From: an uncultured Bacteroidota bacterium
GTDB taxonomy: Bacteria; Bacteroidota; Bacteroidia; Flavobacteriales; Flavobacteriaceae
NCBI GenBank assembly: GCA_902526165.1
Contig: CABZKA010000002.1
Span: 29,871 to 93,870, forward strand
Reading direction: 5' to 3'
DNA length: 64,000 bases
In this document: positions 1-10,743 of the stretch, in pieces
Layout of the letters: every line of letters begins with the position of its first letter
Position numbering within the stretch: the stretch's first letter is position 1
Notes under the pieces: model-generated
What the model saw: only the letters and a program-made list of their open reading frames with translations
Told to the model about the DNA's origin: nothing
Databases searched by the model: none
Position numbers and translations under genes: made by a program

Positions 1-854
1 TTAAAATAACCTAATAATAACTTGACATAGTCTTGATCTGTTCTACAGCTAATTACGCCAGCACCTGACTTTTTAAATAGCTTTTCAAAAAAATCTCTTT
101 TTTTTAAATACTCTGATTTGAAAAAGTTTCTAATTTTTTTTGATGAGGTATCCACCAGCTTGTAATTTTTTGATTCCTGATCATACATTGAGACAAAACC
201 AATTTCTGGAAATTCTTCCTCAAACTTATCAAAGATTCTTATTCCTGTTAAGTCATGCTTCTTGGCAACAATAGACAGTGGTTTTTCATAATCCTCAGAA
301 TTAAAATCAGATATTAGAAAAGCAATTGATTTCTTTTTTATTATGCTTGAAAAAAACTCTAATGCAACTGAAACATCAGTTTTTGAGTTTTTAGGTTTAA
401 ACTCAATAAGCTCTCTGATAATTCTTAAAATATGTGATCTTCCTTTGCTAGGTGGGATAAATAACTCAATTTGATCAGTAAAAAGAATTAAGCCTACTTT
501 ATCATTGTTCTGGATAGCAGAAAAGGCCAAGGTAGCTGAAATCTCAGTGACAATACTTTTTTTAATCTGATCTTCAGAACCAAAAAGTTTAGAACCACTA
601 ATATCAACCATAAGCATTAGCGTAAGTTCTCTTTCCTCCTCAAAAACTTTTACAAAAGGTTCATTGTACCTCGCTGTTACATTCCAATCAATTGTTCTCA
701 CATCATCTCCAAACTCGTAAGATCTAACTTCACTAAAAGTCATACCCCTTCCTTTGAAAGTGCTTTGGTACTCTCCGCCAAATACATTGTTGGTAAGCTT
801 TTTAGTTTTTATTTCAACCTTTCTAACCTTTTTTATGATCTCTTTTGTATCCAT
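1..854 (-). CDS. DUF58 (MoxR-associated, vWA-like) protein; 3' end cut by window edge
   Basis: Absent from the ORF track because it runs off the window. My translation from the ATG (complement of 852-854) reads MDTKEIIKKVRKVEIKTKKLTNNVFGGEYQSTFKGRGMTFSEVRSYEFGDDVRTIDWNVTARYNEPFVKVFEEERELT..., which is the conserved DUF58 core. The frame is open to position 1. It starts 7 nt downstream of the MoxR ATPase stop, as in Bat-type operons. Confidence 0.8.
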   Translation of the reverse strand, partial: MDTKEIIKKVRKVEIKTKKLTNNVFGGEYQSTFKGRGMTFSEVRSYEFGDDVRTIDWNVTARYNEPFVKVFEEERELTLMLMVDISGSKLFGSEDQIKKSIVTEISATLAFSAIQNNDKVGLILFTDQIELFIPPSKGRSHILRIIRELIEFKPKNSKTDVSVALEFFSSIIKKKSIAFLISDFNSEDYEKPLSIVAKKHDLTGIRIFDKFEEEFPEIGFVSMYDQESKNYKLVDTSSKKIRNFFKSEYLKKRDFFEKLFKKSGAGVISCRTDQDYVKLLLGYF

Positions 855-861
855 CTATTGA

Positions 862-1860
862 CTAGGGAACCTCAATTGAATTAACAATTTTCTCTATGAT
901 ATCTGTAGAACTTATATTTTCTGCCTCAGCTTCATAAGTCAATCCGATTCTATGTCTTAACACATCATGAATAACAGCTTTGATATCCTCTGGTATTACA
1001 TAACCTCTTCTTTGAATGAAAGCATGACATTTCGCTGCTTGAGCTAAATTAATACTTCCTCTTGGTGATGAGCCAAAACCAATTAGAGGTTTTAAGTCTT
1101 CTAACTTATTTTGTTCTGGGTAACGAGTTGCAAAAATTAACTTTAGGATATATTTTTCAATTTTTTCATCCATATAAACTTGCTTTACAGATTCTTGTGC
1201 CTTTAGAATGTCTTTGATTGAAACAACAGGTTTTACTTTACTAAATGATTCGTTAATGTTTGATCTGACAATCAATTGCTCATCCTCAAACTCAGGATAA
1301 GATATCACACACTTTAACATAAACCTGTCCATTTGAGCTTCAGGTAGCGGATAAGTTCCCTCTTGCTCAATGGGGTTCTGAGTTGCCATTACTAAGAAAG
1401 GTAATTGTAGTTTAAATGTATTGTCACCAATTGTAACTTGCTTTTCTTGCATTGATTCAAGTAAAGCTGATTGGACTTTTGCAGGAGCTCGGTTTATTTC
1501 ATCTGCCAATACAAAATTTGCAAAGATTGGTCCTTTCTTGATCGAGAAATCGTTCTGCTTTATATTGTATATCATTGTGCCAACAACATCAGCTGGCAAC
1601 AAGTCAGGTGTAAATTGAATTCTGCTAAATGTTCCTTTAACTGCTTGACTAAGTGTATTAATGGCAAGTGTTTTTGCAAGGCCAGGTACACCCTCGAGAA
1701 GAATGTGACCTTTTCCAAGCAATCCAATTAATAGCCTTTCAAGCATGTATTTTTGACCAACAATTACTTTATTAATTTCAATAAGTAGCAGATCAATAAA
1801 TTCGCTGTCTTTTTTTATTTGAGCATTAATTTTATTAATGTCAATATTGTTATTTTCCAT
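862..1860 (-). CDS. MoxR-family AAA+ ATPase
   Basis: 332 aa. Walker A GVPGLAKT and Walker B LADEINRA. MoxR-like overall layout, followed by a DUF58 gene. Confidence 0.9.
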   Translation of the reverse strand: MENNNIDINKINAQIKKDSEFIDLLLIEINKVIVGQKYMLERLLIGLLGKGHILLEGVPGLAKTLAINTLSQAVKGTFSRIQFTPDLLPADVVGTMIYNIKQNDFSIKKGPIFANFVLADEINRAPAKVQSALLESMQEKQVTIGDNTFKLQLPFLVMATQNPIEQEGTYPLPEAQMDRFMLKCVISYPEFEDEQLIVRSNINESFSKVKPVVSIKDILKAQESVKQVYMDEKIEKYILKLIFATRYPEQNKLEDLKPLIGFGSSPRGSINLAQAAKCHAFIQRRGYVIPEDIKAVIHDVLRHRIGLTYEAEAENISSTDIIEKIVNSIEVP

Positions 1861-1960
1861 AAGATATATTTCGGGTAAGCAATTTTATTAAAAAATGTTA
1901 AGGTAAAGTGTTAAATAATGGTTAAAGATTTATGACAAGAAAATTGAATAGAAATTGTTA

Positions 1961-2107
1961 TTAATCCTTTTTAGACTTCTTTTCCAATTGGTATAGAATC
2001 ATACAAACTATGGAAACGATTAAAGCGTATACATGCTCTTGACTTGTTAGAGAATAGAGAAAGATAATGATTAGTAGAACCCACAATATGTTTTTGACAA
2101 TATTCAA
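1961..2107 (-). CDS. Possible 48-aa small membrane protein (TTG start)
   Basis: Hand translation: (L/M)NIVKNILWVLLIIIFLYSLTSQEHVYALIVSIVCMILYQLEKKSKKD. It has two hydrophobic stretches and a basic tail. It begins immediately after the nadD stop (TAATTG). It is below the ORF-track cutoff, so only coding potential supports it. Confidence 0.25.
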   Translation of the reverse strand: MNIVKNILWVLLIIIFLYSLTSQEHVYALIVSIVCMILYQLEKKSKKD

Positions 2108-2683
2108 TTAAGGTGTATAGAGTTTGTTTTTATTAATAAACTCGATGACTTTGTCTGGAACCAGGTGGTCAATGTTTAATCCATTACTAATATTAACTCT
2201 TATATCGGAGGAGGAAATTTCCATTAATTTACAATCACAGATTTTTACTTTTGGATGATCCTCTAAAATAATATTTGAATTGGATTCAATTTCTCTTGGA
2301 TATACATAAACTCCAGTATCTAAAATTGTTTCATAATTTTTCCATTGGTCCAGATGCATCAAGTTATCTTGACCAATAATTACGGAAAAATCAATTTTGG
2401 GGTAAAACTCATAAAGTTTTGAAATTGTATCGGATGTATGGTTGGGTTGCTTCAAAGAAAACTCTACGTCCGAACAAACAAAATTTACATTACTATCACA
2501 AAACTTTTTAACCATTTCAAGCCTAATTTTTTCATCAGTTAAATCTAGTTTTTCTTTATGTGGGTTGTGGGGTGTGACAACAAACCAAATTTGATCAAAA
2601 TAATTTTCTAAAAAATATGATGCAATTTGGTCGTGCCCAATATGAAGAGGATCGAATGTTCCAAAGAATAAGCCAACTTTCAT
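2108..2683 (-). CDS. nadD: Nicotinate-nucleotide adenylyltransferase
   Basis: 191 aa. GTFDPLHIGH (HxGH) and ISSSDIR motifs. Confidence 0.9.
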   Translation of the reverse strand: MKVGLFFGTFDPLHIGHDQIASYFLENYFDQIWFVVTPHNPHKEKLDLTDEKIRLEMVKKFCDSNVNFVCSDVEFSLKQPNHTSDTISKLYEFYPKIDFSVIIGQDNLMHLDQWKNYETILDTGVYVYPREIESNSNIILEDHPKVKICDCKLMEISSSDIRVNISNGLNIDHLVPDKVIEFINKNKLYTP

Positions 2684-3243
2684 TTCAGGAAATTTTCAAC
2701 TTTATATATTAATTCTTGTTTTGCAACATCCAAATATTCATTAATAATAACTGTATCAAAATCAGCTTCTTTTTTCATTTCAATTTCTGCTTTTCCGACT
2801 CTTTCTTTTATTTCACTAGGGTCATTCTTTTTTCTATCAATTAATCTTTTCTCTAAAACATCAATACTGGGAGGTTTAATAAAAATTGAAATCGCAAGAC
2901 TTTTAAAGTAATTTTTTAATGATAGTGCACCTAATACATCAACATCAAAAACTATATTGTGATTGACAATCAGATTATTTACTTCTGACTTTAGAGTCCC
3001 ATAATATATATTTTCATAAACTTTTTCGTATTCAATAAAGTCTTGGTTTTCAATACTATTTTTAAATTCTTCTGTTGAAAAAAAGAAATAATCCTTTCCA
3101 TTAATTTCATGATCTCTTTTTTTTCTTGTTGTTGCAGAAACAGAAAATTTAAAGTTTAGTTTTTGAACAGAAATTAGGTGTCGGGCGAGAGTGGTTTTTC
3201 CACTTCCTGAGGGTGCGCTCAATATAACTACCTTACCTGCCAT
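2680..3243 (-). CDS. gmk: Guanylate kinase
   Basis: 187 aa. P-loop SAPSGSGKTT and SVSATTRKKR motif. 4-nt overlap with nadD. Confidence 0.92.
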   Translation of the reverse strand: MAGKVVILSAPSGSGKTTLARHLISVQKLNFKFSVSATTRKKRDHEINGKDYFFFSTEEFKNSIENQDFIEYEKVYENIYYGTLKSEVNNLIVNHNIVFDVDVLGALSLKNYFKSLAISIFIKPPSIDVLEKRLIDRKKNDPSEIKERVGKAEIEMKKEADFDTVIINEYLDVAKQELIYKVENFLK

Positions 3244-4106
3244 TATAGAATATTTAATAATTGTTCTCTAATTTTTTCTACACTTGACTTCATCTCAACA
3301 ACGTGGTTTTGAATCAATGCATTGTTGGATTTTGATCCAATTGTATTTATCTCTCTACCCATTTCTTGACATATAAATCCAAGTTTTTTTCCTTTTTCAA
3401 CTGACTTGTTTTTTAAAGTATCATTAAAAAAATTAATATGACTGCCTAACCTAACTAACTCCTCATTTACATCTATTTTTTCTAAGTAATAAAACATCTC
3501 TTGTTCAAATTTTCCGTGGTCATATTCAACATTTAAATTTCTGACTTTCTTTTCTAAATTTTCCTCAATGGATTTTTTATGATACTTACTCTCTTTTTTT
3601 ATTTTTTGGGAGTAAGTATTTATCATTTTGATATTTTCTGCCAAATCTTTTTTTGTGTTTTGGCCCTCTTTGATTCTAAATGAAATCAATTGTTTGATAA
3701 CTGAGTTAAGAATGACTGTTATCTTTTTTGATACTTTTTCAGGCATCTTGTTTTCACTTTTGCTAATAGTATTTGGAAGATTTAAAATTGAATTTAACAG
3801 CTGTGATTTGTCGAATTTTGAAATATCATTAAGATCCTTAAAATAGTTTTTGATAACATTTTTATTGAAACTAAATGTGTCATCTGAAATTCCTAGCAAC
3901 TTAATATTTAATTCAACTTTACCTCTCAACAAAAACTTTTTTAGAAGATTATTAATTTCTAACTCGTGTTTATGCAAAGTGGGTGGTAACGATATTTTTG
4001 AATCAAAATATCGGCTATTCAAAGTTCTTAATTCGATATTAATTTCGAAATCATCAATTTTAAAATACTTTGACCCGTATCCGGTCATTGACTGAAGCAT
4101 GTACAA
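3243..4106 (-). CDS. YicC/YloC family stress-induced protein
   Basis: 287 aa. N-terminal QSMTGYG and C-terminal GREINTIGSKS family motifs. The start could be the M at 4100 rather than 4106. Confidence 0.85.
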   Translation of the reverse strand: MYMLQSMTGYGSKYFKIDDFEINIELRTLNSRYFDSKISLPPTLHKHELEINNLLKKFLLRGKVELNIKLLGISDDTFSFNKNVIKNYFKDLNDISKFDKSQLLNSILNLPNTISKSENKMPEKVSKKITVILNSVIKQLISFRIKEGQNTKKDLAENIKMINTYSQKIKKESKYHKKSIEENLEKKVRNLNVEYDHGKFEQEMFYYLEKIDVNEELVRLGSHINFFNDTLKNKSVEKGKKLGFICQEMGREINTIGSKSNNALIQNHVVEMKSSVEKIREQLLNIL

Positions 4107-4130
4107 AATTAGAAAATCTTTTTGAGTATT

Positions 4131-4964
4131 TTACTCAATTTCTCTGACCCAAATATTTCTGAAGCTTACTTTAGTGCAACAATGTTCTTGAATAGCTATT
4201 GGTCCATCACCATGAACTATGTTTTTTGGAGGCCCTACGTTTTCTGTTGAACCTAAAATTTTGACGCTATTATGAATTAATATTCCATTATGAAAGACTG
4301 TAATTGATCCCTCCCTAAATTTTTTACCATACTCATCAAACTTTGGGGATACAAAAACTATATCATATGATTGCCATTGGTCATTAGACCTTGATGCATT
4401 AACAAGTGGTATATGTTGCTTATAAACTGATCCTGCCATCCCATTAACGTACGTCTCATTATCAAAGCTGTTCAAAATTTGAACCTCATATAAATTATGG
4501 AAAAAGACACCACTGTTTGATTGATATTGTGATCTGTCCATGTATTTTAACTCGCTACAGCCCCAAAATCTTTTTAAACCAAACTCATCAGGACACAAAT
4601 CCTCAAAGTCTAAAATACCATCTTCATCTCTATCAGATTCCATATCAGTTTCGGATGATGTTTTCCACTCAATATGAAATTGAACAGAACCAAAATTTTC
4701 AATTGTTTGAATTCCCTCACCAGGATTTTCAGAAAACATTGAACCATCATCAGAGATTTTCCAATTGGATTTTTCGTTTGACCATCTTTGTGACCAGTTT
4801 TTGAGGTCTTTACCATCAAATAGAATTATTGCATCGCCAGGTGGCGTAGTAAAATTGACAGAATTGATTTTTTTAGGAACTGGCCCCCACAATTCAGTAT
4901 CTTGTGGAGTTTGTGAAAATAAAATACAAGGGATTAAAAAACAGTAAATAAATTTTCTAATCAA
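4131..4964 (-). CDS. Secreted DUF1080 (3-keto-disaccharide hydrolase-like, ConA-like fold) protein with a TSP3-like insertion
   Basis: 277 aa with a signal peptide (MIRKFIYCFLIPCILFSQ). DUF1080-like blocks: DGKDLKNW, FHIEWKT, NSGVFFHNLYEVQILNS and GPIAIQEH...VSFRNIWVREI. Overlaps the upstream gene by 8 nt. Confidence 0.72.
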   Translation of the reverse strand: MIRKFIYCFLIPCILFSQTPQDTELWGPVPKKINSVNFTTPPGDAIILFDGKDLKNWSQRWSNEKSNWKISDDGSMFSENPGEGIQTIENFGSVQFHIEWKTSSETDMESDRDEDGILDFEDLCPDEFGLKRFWGCSELKYMDRSQYQSNSGVFFHNLYEVQILNSFDNETYVNGMAGSVYKQHIPLVNASRSNDQWQSYDIVFVSPKFDEYGKKFREGSITVFHNGILIHNSVKILGSTENVGPPKNIVHGDGPIAIQEHCCTKVSFRNIWVREIE

Positions 4965-6006
4965 TACCCAAAATTTTATTTATGTTATCGACATCTCCCC
5001 CTGCAAAATCATCAAAGGTCTTTGAAGTAACTTGAATGATGTGATTATCAATGAATTTTGAACCTTCTTTTGCTCCTTGCTCTGGACTCTTTATGCAACA
5101 TTCCCATTCTAATACAGCCCAACCATCAAATCCATATTGACTTAACTTTGAGAAAATTGTTTTAAAATCAATTTGACCATCACCAAGTGATCTAAATCGT
5201 CCAGGTCTATCAATCCAGTCTTGATATCCGCCATAAACACCAGACTTTCCTGTTGGATTAAATTCTGCATCTTTTACATGAAACATTTTTATGTAATCAT
5301 GATAAAAATCAATGTATTGTAAATAATCCAATTGTTGCAAAATAAAATGACTGGGGTCATATAACATTTTTACTGAAGAATGATTATTTGTTGCATCTAA
5401 AAATCTTTCAAATGTGATACCGTCGTGTAGATCCTCACCAGGGTGAATTTCATAACAAATTTGTACATCTTTGTCCTTTGCATGATCTAGGATAGGAATC
5501 CATCTTTTTGCAAGTTCCTCAAAACCTGCATCGACTAATCCTGAGGGTCTTTGTGGCCAAGGATACATAGTATGAAACATGAGTGAACCTGAAAAAGAAG
5601 CCATTGGTTTTATTTCTAAAAAACTGCTTGCATTTATTGCATTGATCATCTGACTTTTTGCCCACATTGTTCTTTCACCAACTTTTCCATGTAAATTTTT
5701 TGGGGCGAATGAGTCAAACATAATATCATAACTAGGGTTTGTAGCTATCAATTGACCCTGTAGATGAGTTGAAAGTTCACTAATTTCAAGACCGTTATCA
5801 TAGACGAGCCCTTTTATTTCGTCACAATAGGTTTTACTTTTTCCCGCAGTTTCTAAGTCAAAAACTCTACTATCCCAAGTAGGAATTTGTATGGCCTTGT
5901 AACCAAGATCTTTTGCCCATTTTGAAATACTATCTAGATTATTAAATGGCTTATCATCTCCTAAAAACTGAGCCAAGAAAATTGCAGGACCTTTAATGGT
6001 TTTCAT
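4957..6006 (-). CDS. Xylose isomerase-like TIM-barrel protein (sugar phosphate isomerase/epimerase family)
   Basis: 349 aa. General resemblance to the AP-endonuclease-2/xylose-isomerase-like TIM-barrel family (IHPGEDLHDG, AVLEWEC). Operon-like overlaps with both neighbours. Confidence 0.7.
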   Translation of the reverse strand: MKTIKGPAIFLAQFLGDDKPFNNLDSISKWAKDLGYKAIQIPTWDSRVFDLETAGKSKTYCDEIKGLVYDNGLEISELSTHLQGQLIATNPSYDIMFDSFAPKNLHGKVGERTMWAKSQMINAINASSFLEIKPMASFSGSLMFHTMYPWPQRPSGLVDAGFEELAKRWIPILDHAKDKDVQICYEIHPGEDLHDGITFERFLDATNNHSSVKMLYDPSHFILQQLDYLQYIDFYHDYIKMFHVKDAEFNPTGKSGVYGGYQDWIDRPGRFRSLGDGQIDFKTIFSKLSQYGFDGWAVLEWECCIKSPEQGAKEGSKFIDNHIIQVTSKTFDDFAGGDVDNINKILGID

Positions 6007-6938
6007 GAGTTTATAATTTTTTCTAATAACTTTTTTGTTGCAAGAATTCCTTCATCTTCACTTAATCTATTTCCTTCATATTCGATTCCAATATAACCTT
6101 CATATGGGTGATTATTAACTACCCTCATCATTTTATAATAGTCAATATATTTCTCATCGCCATTGTCTAGAAAATCATAGGATTTAGCACTGAGAGCTTT
6201 AGCAAATGGCATTAAATCATTAATTCCTTCATACCTGTCATACCACTCAAAACAAGGTTCTAAACCTGTAGGATTAGGTTTTCCATTAATACAAAAGTTT
6301 CCAAAATCAGGTAATGTTCCACAATTTTCTTTAGTGATTGATTTCATTACATCAGCCAAATACTTCCCGTTTGATGAAAAACCACCATGATTCTCTACGG
6401 TAATATTTAGGTTAGGTGAATACTCGCACAAAGTGTTTAAGGATAGAATTGAGTTTTCTTTCCATTGATCAAAACTATTACCTCCCCGTAAATCTACTCT
6501 AACAGACTCACAACCAATTTCATTAGCAACATCAATCCAGGCCTTGTGTTTATCAATAGCTTTTGTTCTTGAATTTTGACTACCGGATGCTAATTCACCT
6601 TCTTGAGAAATCATAATCAATAAGTTTTTAACTCCATTATCATTAGCCCTTGAATTTAAATCCTTAACAAGAGTTTTCATCGAATTTTTTGATAAATAAT
6701 TTGAACGATCCGAATACAATGTGTTTACATGTTCAATAGCATCAATTTCCAACTCTCTTGCCTTTATTGCAAAATCCACTGGAGAAATTTTACCCCTGGA
6801 TATGGAACCATTAATTGACCACTGAGCCAATGAAATTTTATATTTTTTGGCATTAAAATTGTTTATTTTAATTGCATCTAAAGAAGCCAACCCTAAAAAT
6901 GATGATGATAACAAACTTGAAAAATTTCTTCTATTCAA
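6003..6938 (-). CDS. Tat-signal xylose isomerase-like TIM-barrel protein
   Basis: 311 aa. Twin-arginine-like leader MNRRNFSSLLSSSFLGLASL. ITVENHGGFS and YEGYIGIEYEG blocks typical of this TIM-barrel family. Confidence 0.68.
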   Translation of the reverse strand: MNRRNFSSLLSSSFLGLASLDAIKINNFNAKKYKISLAQWSINGSISRGKISPVDFAIKARELEIDAIEHVNTLYSDRSNYLSKNSMKTLVKDLNSRANDNGVKNLLIMISQEGELASGSQNSRTKAIDKHKAWIDVANEIGCESVRVDLRGGNSFDQWKENSILSLNTLCEYSPNLNITVENHGGFSSNGKYLADVMKSITKENCGTLPDFGNFCINGKPNPTGLEPCFEWYDRYEGINDLMPFAKALSAKSYDFLDNGDEKYIDYYKMMRVVNNHPYEGYIGIEYEGNRLSEDEGILATKKLLEKIINS

Positions 6939-6978
6939 AATAAATATTTTAAGTGCTACTAAATATAAAAATTTAATT

Positions 6979-7506
6979 ATGAATTGTAACTTTATAAAAA
7001 TAAATCCTTTGAAGAAAATTAAAATTATTCCTCTTTTATCAATTCTATTTATAGTATCATGTAAAAATGAACCGGCTAAGGAAAAATTTAGTTACAAAAG
7101 GGTTCAGGAAGATGTGGAAAAAATTGAAAGTGCTGAACAAACAATTATTGTTTTAAATTCAAATGACCTAATGCTTTTTGACAAAACATCATTGTCGGCC
7201 AAGGCCGGAAAAAATATAAAGCTTACGTTAAATCATACAGGAAAAATCGGAAAAGAATTTATGGGACATAATTTTGTTCTATTGAAAAAAGATATTGATG
7301 TTGATGATTTTGCAATGCTTGCACTTGATTTTAAGGAAAATGAATATATTCCTAAAAATAATGACTTTATTGTTCATACTAGAATGCTTGGTGGTGGCGA
7401 AAGTGAGACAATAAATTTCATCATTGAAGAACCAGGAACTTATAAATATGTATGTACGTTTCCAGGACATTATCAAATCATGCAAGGGGAATTAACAATA
7501 GAATAA
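6979..7506 (+). CDS. Azurin-like blue copper lipoprotein
   Basis: Start taken at the internal ATG (MNCNFIKINPLKKIKIIPLLSILFIVSC, with a lipobox Cys). Copper ligands are visible: GHNFVL (His) and YVCTFPGHYQIMQG (Cys, His, Met). The upstream part of the track ORF (6847-6978) overlaps the divergent gene. Confidence 0.85.
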   Translation: MNCNFIKINPLKKIKIIPLLSILFIVSCKNEPAKEKFSYKRVQEDVEKIESAEQTIIVLNSNDLMLFDKTSLSAKAGKNIKLTLNHTGKIGKEFMGHNFVLLKKDIDVDDFAMLALDFKENEYIPKNNDFIVHTRMLGGGESETINFIIEEPGTYKYVCTFPGHYQIMQGELTIE

Positions 7507-8645
7507 TGAAATTTAATACAAAGGTTATTCACGGTGGACAGATAAAAGAAAAAGGATATGGTGCAGTAATGCCACCTATTTACCAAACCTCTACGTATGC
7601 TCAGTCTGAACCCGGTGTTCACCAGGGATACGAATATAGTAGAACCCAAAATCCAACAAGGCATGCACTGGAAAACTCCATTGCAAGTTTAGAGAATGCG
7701 AAATATGGTCTTGCATTCAGCTCTGGATTAAGCGCAATCGATGCAATTTTAAAACTATTCGAACCAGGTGATGAAATAATTAGTACGCACGACCTATATG
7801 GTGGTTCTTACAGATTATTTAATAAAATATATAAGAAATATGGATTTAAATTTATTTTTGAGGACCTAAAAAATTTAGAAAAAGTTGAAAAATTAATTAC
7901 CTCCAAAACAAAACTAGTATGGGTTGAAACTCCTACAAACCCAATGATTAATGTTATTGATATTGCTGCAATTTCTGAAATATGTAAAAAAAATAAAATA
8001 TTACTTGGTGTTGACAACACATTTTCTACTCCTTACCTACAAAGACCTTTGGATTTAGGTGCTGATATTGTCATGCACTCTGGAACAAAGTATTTAGCTG
8101 GCCATAGTGATGTTATTATTGGTCTAATTGCTCTTAACAACGAAAAAATAGCTGAGAATCTCTTTTTTATACAAAATTCCAGTGGTGCAATATGTGGACC
8201 AATGGATGCGTTCCTCACTCTAAGAGGAATAAAAACACTTCATGTAAGAATGGATAGACACTGCTCAAACGGAGAAAAAGTTTTTGAGTTTTTAAACCAA
8301 TGCAAAAAAGTTGATAAAATATATTGGCCTGGTTTAGAATCTCATCCAAATCATTTAGTAGCAAAAAGACAAATGAAAAAGTTTGGAGGCATGATATCCT
8401 TCACTTTTGTTAACAATATATACAGTGATGTTGTAAACTTTACAAAAAAACTTAAAGTTTTCACTCTTGCTGAATCCCTTGGAGGTGTTGAAAGTTTAGT
8501 CAATCATCCTGCAACGATGACTCATGCCTCAATGCCAAAAAAGGACAGAGAAAGAAATGGTATTACAGAGTCTTTAATAAGATTAAGTGTTGGTATTGAA
8601 GATTCAATTGATCTAGTAAATGACCTTGACAAAGCAATTAATTAA
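7506..8645 (+). CDS. Cys/Met-metabolism PLP-dependent enzyme (cystathionine gamma-lyase/synthase or beta-lyase type)
   Basis: Start at MKFNTKVIHGG (TAATG overlap with the azurin stop). PLP-lysine block HSGTKYLAGHSDV. ESLGGVESL block. Confidence 0.85.
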   Translation: MKFNTKVIHGGQIKEKGYGAVMPPIYQTSTYAQSEPGVHQGYEYSRTQNPTRHALENSIASLENAKYGLAFSSGLSAIDAILKLFEPGDEIISTHDLYGGSYRLFNKIYKKYGFKFIFEDLKNLEKVEKLITSKTKLVWVETPTNPMINVIDIAAISEICKKNKILLGVDNTFSTPYLQRPLDLGADIVMHSGTKYLAGHSDVIIGLIALNNEKIAENLFFIQNSSGAICGPMDAFLTLRGIKTLHVRMDRHCSNGEKVFEFLNQCKKVDKIYWPGLESHPNHLVAKRQMKKFGGMISFTFVNNIYSDVVNFTKKLKVFTLAESLGGVESLVNHPATMTHASMPKKDRERNGITESLIRLSVGIEDSIDLVNDLDKAIN

Positions 8646-8677
8646 TATTGATTACATTTAGATAATAATCAATCTAA

Positions 8678-10018
<1,341 letters not shown>

Positions 10019-10023
10019 TACCA

Positions 10024-10743
10024 ATGGCCAACGTTACTGAAGCAATTATTTTAAGTTCAATAAAATACTCTGAGACTAGTGTAATCATGAAATGTTATAC
10101 TGGAGATTACGGGGTTTTATCCTTCATAATTAAAGGTATTAGAAGTAAAAAAAGAACGAAATTCTCTTTAAGTAGCATAGAGCCTCTTAGTATTGTTGAA
10201 ATTGAATTTAATAAGTTAAAAAAAGGAGAGCTTTCTCATTTAAAAAATATCAAAAGTGTCGTAATTTATGATGATTTACGTTTTAATGTTATAAAATCTA
10301 ATATTGCTTTATTTCTTTCAGAATTTTTAAGTAATATTTTAAGATTTGAGGAGGAAAATATTAGGATGTATGTGTATATAAAAGACTCTCTTATTCATTT
10401 AGATAAAATCTCAAAATATGAAAACTTTCATATTAATTTTTTAATTAATCTTTTAGAATTTTTAGGTATCAAGCCAGAAATTAATAATGAAAATCATAAA
10501 TTTTTTGATATTGAAAATGGTATTTTTAAAAACATTCATGATTCAAATTATTGTGTTGGAGGAGAATTAGTGAATGAATTTAAAAAACTTTTGGGCATAA
10601 ATTTTGATCAGTATTACGAAATACTTAAAACAACAAACCAAAGAAGAAATATGACAAATTTTCTAATGAATTACTTTGAATTTCATATTTCAGGTTTTAA
10701 AAGACCAAATTCTTTAGAGATACTAAATGGTCTATTTTCATAA
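10024..10743 (+). CDS. recO: DNA repair protein RecO
   Basis: 239 aa. The N-terminal OB-like segment (EAIILSSIKYSETSVIMKCYT...) and the length fit Bacteroidota RecO. Called by resemblance only. Confidence 0.7.
   Translation: MANVTEAIILSSIKYSETSVIMKCYTGDYGVLSFIIKGIRSKKRTKFSLSSIEPLSIVEIEFNKLKKGELSHLKNIKSVVIYDDLRFNVIKSNIALFLSEFLSNILRFEEENIRMYVYIKDSLIHLDKISKYENFHINFLINLLEFLGIKPEINNENHKFFDIENGIFKNIHDSNYCVGGELVNEFKKLLGINFDQYYEILKTTNQRRNMTNFLMNYFEFHISGFKRPNSLEILNGLFS

Noticed and set aside
1-1860. MoxR-DUF58 pair as a novel system
   Set aside because: This is the well-known start of Bat/aerotolerance-type (MoxR, DUF58, vWA) operons in Bacteroidota. It is truncated by the window edge.
6847-6978. 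N-terminal extension of the azurin ORF (track start 6847)
   Set aside because: The extension overlaps the divergent Tat-leader TIM-barrel gene by 92 nt. The internal ATG at 6979 gives a canonical lipoprotein signal peptide.
7452-7505. N-terminal extension of the Cys/Met PLP enzyme ORF
   Set aside because: The extension overlaps the azurin C-terminus. MKFNTKVIHGG is the usual N-terminus of this family and gives a TAATG junction.
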